Positions 57,829-64,000 of a stretch of DNA of 64,000 nt are shown in pieces. The stretch is from the human T2T-CHM13v2.0 reference genome, Homo sapiens, in NCBI RefSeq assembly GCF_009914755.1, contig NC_060926.1. One strand, 5' to 3'. The number at the start of each line of letters is the position of its first letter. Within the stretch, counting starts at the first letter, position 1. Made by a program: the position numbers and the translations under genes. The notes beneath the pieces were generated by a model. That model ran no database searches and was not told where the DNA came from. It saw only the letters and a program-made list of their open reading frames with translations.

Positions 57829-60421
57829 TTTTGTCTCTTGACTCACCTTGGTCACCGCATGTGGCTCTGCACGGCTTGGAATGCACCTTCCTTTTGTCAA
57901 CTGTGAGTACCAAATTATCTTTTTAAAGGCAGTCATCTCCCAATCTGTTGTCCTAACTGTACCTGATTAAAAATCAACACTCACTATTTCACTCCAGGGT
58001 TATCATAAAATAAAAGCAAATACCCAGCATGCTTCTGCATTTCATAATAAATTTCAAGGCTTTTGTTCATTGTTCCATCTACCAAGCATAGAATTAGATG
58101 GAAAGTGGTGAGCAGTGGCCAGCTGGGATGGTGACTACTGGGGTGGTGAATACACAAACTTCAGATAGACCTAATTCTTATCTAAACCAGATCTTTGCTA
58201 ATTGTCATAATAAATATTAAAAATGGATTTTCATTGGTGAAAGTAGACACATGTTTATAACTACTGTGGGTGACGTATATAATCCCTCTTTAGTGAAATG
58301 AATGTCTTTCAAGACATGTAGATGAGCAAGAATAGTTTAGAGATACTCTGCTAGACTGAGTTGGATGTGCTGTAGTGAAATGGCCCTGTGTCTGGTCAGA
58401 TTTGGAAGTTTTAGATTGCCTACCTTTTCCATAGTATTAGCATATTTAATCCTATCTCTATAATAGTGTTGTGTTTTATTTTAATAAATGTTTAATGCCA
58501 CATCAGAATATTTACAAGACAGAAAGCTGGTGTGTCATCTAATCTAGAGGGCATGTTATATAATTGTGCTGGGAAGTTTTACAAGGTAATTATTTCTCTA
58601 ATAAATGTGAGGGATATATTGTAGTTTGATATTGGATTTTATTACCTTAGAAGGATTAGAGTGTGGTGGATTAACTAACTACAATTTATCTTGAAGTATT
58701 CAGTGGCTCCAAAAGTCTACCAAAAAATCCCTTATAATTTTGTATGGCCAAACTGGTTTAGGTCAGTTCCAACTCCCTGAAATACAGCATTCTTTTTTTT
58801 TTATTTCTTATCCTTTCTTCTTAATATGTTCCTATAATGAATAGATCCATTTCACACCATATACTTCCTAGATCTTCTTCTGCTACTACCATGATTATGT
58901 GTGTGTTGGGGCAGGTTGAGTTTAATGATTTCATAATTTTAATTGAAGCAAACCTGGCTAGCACTCAAAGTTTGTACCTGGTGGTTGGTTTATTCAAATG
59001 GGCAGCTTTACGTAACTATTTTGCATGTTACTGATATTTCCAAAACTTGGTTATAAGCTCTCTGTATATTTATGCTATTGTTTACTCTCTCAAAAACCCT
59101 AGCTAAATGCTCAAGTAGAATTTCAAATGTTTGCATCTTAGGGGTGTATTTCTAGGAACAATATTATTATTTCCTCCTGCAATGTTGAATTAAATGGTTA
59201 TATCAATAAATAATTTTCTGGGTGCTTCCGCGGGAGTTCCACATGTAACTCTAGGAATTCTCCATAGGCAAACTGTGACTATTCTCATGGTATGTTTGAG
59301 AAAAATAATGTATTTTTATTTGCATAAGCAATCATTTGCTAAATACTTAAAATATGCAAGACATTATAATGGGTGCTGGGAAAGGAAAATGCAGTGTTAG
59401 CAAAGCAGCCCAGGCTTTCAACACATTTAAAATCAAATCTGGAGAAAAAATATATTTGTGAACAATTGTCTGTTTCAGGTAGGGGTGACTGAAGGCCACC
59501 TTTCACTAGTCGACTTCATACAAATGGTGTTGTGTGCCAGCAAATATTTCTTCACCTACTGTCTTTTTACCAAGAAATTACTCCACTCTTCTCTTCTGTT
59601 TTGGACTCTTCTCTTGCTTTCTTCTTTCCTTTTCATTCTGTTCTTTCTTTTCCTTTTCTTTTTTGTTTGTTTATTTGTTTTTCATCACCTCACCTGAGAA
59701 TCCTTTCCCTTTCTTTCCTGGCATTGTCCAGATTTACTTCTTTATATTTCATACCAGGACTAACCTGCCCCTCTGATAGGACATATTTTGAATAGTGTTA
59801 TATTTTATGTGTGATAACATGCATACATTAAAAATATTTTATATATGTAGTGTAACATAATATGTGTCTTGAAGTACTTAGCTTTATGATTGGTTTGCAC
59901 TCAGAGTGATAAGATCAGGTAATAACATTCCAGAAATCATATTCATCTTTCTTCATCTAAATATCTAAGAAGTTTTGTTAATTAATTATTAACCTCAAAA
60001 TGATATTTCTTGTGTGAAGTAAACAATGCCCAATTAGTGTGTTCACTTTGAAACATAGTAAGGACCCCTCCACTTTTCCTAACAGGTGTAATAATTTTGC
60101 AGGCACAATAGCTTTTGACCACTAGGCAGTCACATTAGTTCTTCAGTCCTGGAAGACACACACAAACAAAACTTGCTATTCCCATCAGAATGCTGGGTTT
60201 TCTTGGAATAAGCACTTTAAGCTGTATATTATCTTGAATGGGTAATTACATATTCCCTATGATAACAAGTGGCAGAATTTTTAGTGAACTAACTTGCCTA
60301 TTTGCTGGATTTCGGAATAAGAATTGTTTTCATTGTTGCTTATTCGCTAATAAGATAGGGAAAAAGGAGATTTATAATGTTCAGCTACCTATAAATGTGC
60401 TGTGCTGCCAATATTTATATA

Positions 60422-60703
60422 CTTATTTTATTTATTTATGTATTTATTTATTTTTGAGACAGAGTCTCACTCTGTTGCTGGAGTGCGGTGTCGCGATCTC
60501 TGCTCACTGCAACCTCCGCCTCCCGGGTTCAAGCAATTCTCCTGCCTCAGCCTATTGAGTAGGTAGGACTACAGGGGCCCGCCATCATGCCCAGCTAATT
60601 TTTGTATTTTTAGTAGAGACAGGGTTTCACCATGTTGGCCAGGATTCTCTTGATCTCTTGACCTCGTGATCCGCCTGTCTCGGCCTACCAAAGTGCTGGG
60701 ATT
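60422..60703 (-). mobile_element. AluSc-like, slightly 5'-truncated
   Basis: gatctcttgacctcgtgatccgcc; ends at gctgggatt. Confidence 0.9.
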
Positions 60704-61565
60704 TTATATTTTTTAATGGTCAGAGAAGCTTATCAACAGTTAACACCCTAACTTTTGATAGGATATTTTCCTGGATGTGATCTCTCTACCCTGAAGCAGA
60801 AGGGCTGTCCTGACACATTATCTTGGTCTGAACTTATATCAGTATCCCTTGCTTGGTTGTGGGAAAAAGTAGAATAAGTACTGTATAGAAATGTACTGTA
60901 TAGAAACTTTTGAAGTGCCAATATAAAAAAGTTAATGAGAAATCATAGTCCTCTTCATAAACAAGTTTACTGGACCTGAGCCCTAAAGAATGAGTAGAGT
61001 TGCAATAAGAGTGATAGGAAAGATCATTCAGGCAATGGGAACACCCAGAGGCAAGCAAGGCATGAAAGCCTGAAAGTACATGATTATTTCTAAGTTGTGA
61101 TTGAGACAGGTTTAGATACATTTGAAGATATGTGTGCATTTTGTTACATTAAGTAGACAGTTGCAATGCTTGAATACTAATAAGCCAACACTTCCTTTTA
61201 TTTATAAAACATTATATTAAATAAAAATTGATTGAATAAATTTTTAAGTTTCTCCTCAGATACAAAGTCAGCATATAGGATTGACAGGGACTGCACAAAG
61301 TTGAGAGAATCAATGTACTTTGTTTATTTATTTGTTTATTGTTTAATGGTAAGAGAAAAAGGACGAGTTTCAGAAACTCTATAAACTATTACCGTGAAGG
61401 AAAACTACACATTCAGCCATGAAGAATAACATGAAGGAACCAACTCAGATGTGTTCATCCTGCTCTATGCACTACTAAGTCCCTTAATCGCTCTTGTTTC
61501 CATTAAAAAACTCTACCCATATCTCAAAGATCCATTTAATACCCGTCTGCTCTAAGCATTGTGTC

Positions 61566-63895
61566 TGTATTAGTTTGTTTTCATGCTACTATGAAGAAAT
61601 ACCCTACACTGGGTAATTTATAAAGAAAAGAAGTTTAATTGACTCAAATTCTGTGTGGCTGGGGAGGTCTCAGGAAACTTGGAATCATGGTGGAAGGCAC
61701 ATCTTCACAGGACAGCAGGAGAGAAAATGAGTGCCAAGAGGGGAAATGACAGATGCTTATAAACCCATCAGATCTCGTGAGAACTCACTCACTATCATGA
61801 GAACAGCATGGGGGAAATTGCCCCCATGATTCAATTACCTCCCACTGGGTCTTTCCCAAGACATGTGGGGATTATGCGATTACAATTCAAAATGAGATCT
61901 GGTTTGACACAAAGTTAAACCATATCATTCTGCCCCTGGACCCTCCCAAATATCATGTCTTGAAATTTCAAAACAAAATCATGCCCTTCCAACAGTCCCC
62001 CAAGTCTTAACTCATTCCAGCATTAACCCAAAAGTCCAAGTCCAAAGTCTCATCTGAGACAAGGCAAGTCCCTTCCACCTGTGAGCCTGAAAAATCCAAA
62101 GCAAGGTAGTTACTTCCTAGACACAATGGGGGTACAGGCACTGGGTAAATACACTAATTCCAAATTGGCCAAAATGAAGGGACTAAAGGCCTCATGCAAG
62201 TCCAAAATCCAGTTGGGCATTTAAATCTTAAAGCTCCAAAATGATCTCCTTTGACCCCATGTCTCACATCTGGGTCACACTAACGCAAGGAGTGGGCTCC
62301 CACAGCCTTAGGGAGCTCTGCCCCTGTGAATTTGCAGGGTACAGTCCCACTCCCAGCTGCTTTCACAGGCTGGTGTTGAGTGTCTGAGGCTTTTCCAGGT
62401 GCACAGTGCAAGCTGTCACTGGATCTACCATTCTGGGGTCTGGAGGACAGTGGCCCTCTTCTCACAGCTCCTCCAGGCAGCACATCAGTGGAGACTCTAT
62501 GTGGGGGCTCCAACCCCACACTTCCCTTCCACACTGCCCTAGCAGAAGTTCTCCATGAGGACTCTGTCCCTGCAGCAAACTTCTGCCTGGACATCCAGGC
62601 ATTTCGACGAATCCTCCAAAATCTAGGTGGACACGTTTCCCTACATCTTCTAACATCTAGGCAGAGGTTTAAAAACCTCTATTTTTGAATTCTGTGCACC
62701 CACAGGCTCAATACCATGCGGAAATGGCCAAGGCTTGGGGCTTGCACCCTTTGAAGCTACGGCTTGAGCTGTACCTTGGCTCCTTTTAGCCACAGCTGGG
62801 ATGCAGTGCACCAAGTCCTGAGACCGCACAAAGCAGCAAGGCCCTGGGCCTAGCCCACGAAACCAGTTTTTCCTCCTAGGCCTCTGGGCCTGTAATAGGA
62901 GGGGCTGCTGTGAAGACCTCTAACATCCCCTGGAGGCATTTTCCCCATTGTCTTGGTGATAAACATTTGGCTCCTTGTTACTTATGCAAATTTCTGCAGC
63001 TGACTTGAATTTCTCCTCAGAATGTGGGTATTTCTTTTCTATCACATAGTTAAGCTTCAAATTTTCTGAACTTTTATGCTCTGCTTCCCTTGTAAACGTA
63101 AGTTCCAATTCCAAACCATATATTTGTGAATACGTAAAACTGAATGCTTTTAACAGCACCCAAGTCACATTAGATACCCTAAATCATCTCTCTCAAATTC
63201 AAAGTTCCACAGATCTCTAGGGCAGGGGCAAAATGCCACTAGTCTCTTTGCTAAAACATAGCAAGAGTCATCTTTATTCCAGTTCCCAACAAGTTTCTCA
63301 TCTCCACCTGATACTACCTCAGCCTGGACTTCATTGTCCATATCACTATCAGCATTTTGGTCAAAACCATTTAACAAGTCTCTAAGAAATTCTAAATTTT
63401 CCCACACTCTTCCTGTCTTCTTCTGAGCCATCCAAACTGTTCCAGCCTCTGCCCATTACCCAGTTCCAAAGTTGCTTCCACATTTTTGGGTATCTTCACA
63501 GCAGTGCCCCTACTACCCAGACCCAATTTACTATAGTAGTTCATTCTCAAACTGCTGTGAAGAAATACCTGAGACTGGGTAATTTATAAAGAAAAAAGGT
63601 TTAATTGACTCACAGTTCAGCATGGCTGGGGAGGTCTCAGGAATCTTCAATTATAGTGGAAGGCACCTCTTCACAGGGTGACAGCAGAGAGAATGGGTGC
63701 CAGCAAGAGAAATGCCAAATGCTTATAAAACCATCAGGTCTTGTGAGAACTCACTCACTATCATGAGAACAGCATGGGGGAAACCACCCCCATGATTCAA
63801 TTACCTCCCACTGGGTCCCTCCCATGACACATGGGGATTATGGAATTATAGTTCAAGATGAGATTTGGATGGGGACACAAAGCCAGATCATACCA
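61566..63895 (-). mobile_element. Full-length THE1 (THE1C/D-like) MaLR provirus: LTR 61566-61927, internal 61928-63531, LTR 63532-63895
   Basis: Two homologous ~360-bp LTRs flank THE1-int; 5-bp TSD gtgtc/gtgac; broken internal ORF remnants (LLNGFDQNADSDMDNEVQAEVVS...LVAFCPCPRDLW). Confidence 0.93.
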
Positions 63896-64000
63896 GTGAC
63901 CTTTCTAATGTTGTTGTCATTGTCTTTCACATTACTTTTTCTAATATTTAAAGTATCACCTCTATACATAACATGCATTGTCACTTAAGAATTCAGAGAA

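Larger units (their letters stand above)
56940..57975 (+). mobile_element. ERVL LTR (MER73/MER74-like) interrupted by L1
   Basis: ctgacgctttgacatctgaggccttgctga...ctagccaattcctagaga; cacaataaaggctc. Confidence 0.6.

Noticed and set aside
60878-60906. Short tandem duplication gtactgtatagaaa x2 (similarly gatggagctggaa x2 near 43709)
   Set aside because: Ordinary slippage micro-duplications.
62280-63431. Minus-strand ORFs of 64-104 aa
   Set aside because: Fragments of the decayed THE1-int ORF, broken by frameshifts and stops.

Overview
AT-rich catarrhine, most likely hominoid or human, genomic DNA, judged from AluY/S/J, LTR12C, L1PA and THE1. It looks intergenic or deep-intronic. I see no protein-coding exon, RNA gene or CRISPR array. 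The ORF track is explained by repeats (Alu, TA microsatellites, LTR12, L1, THE1-int, HERV-L pol/dUTPase remnants) or by chance. The window is a layered record of transposition: L2, MIR, L1M, hAT MERs, several solo LTRs, a heavily deleted MLT2A1/HERV-L provirus, a full-length THE1 provirus and two divergently oriented LTR12 elements. The most notable structures are a tandem duplication that preserves the empty LTR12 integration site, an inverted L1PA insertion missing roughly 3 kb, a ~750 bp TA-rich array lying inside an Alu target-site duplication (TSD), and an old ~150 bp local duplication. Subfamily names come from recalled consensus features and need RepeatMasker/Dfam confirmation. I cannot support a claim of a new biological system; the regulatory candidates are inference only.
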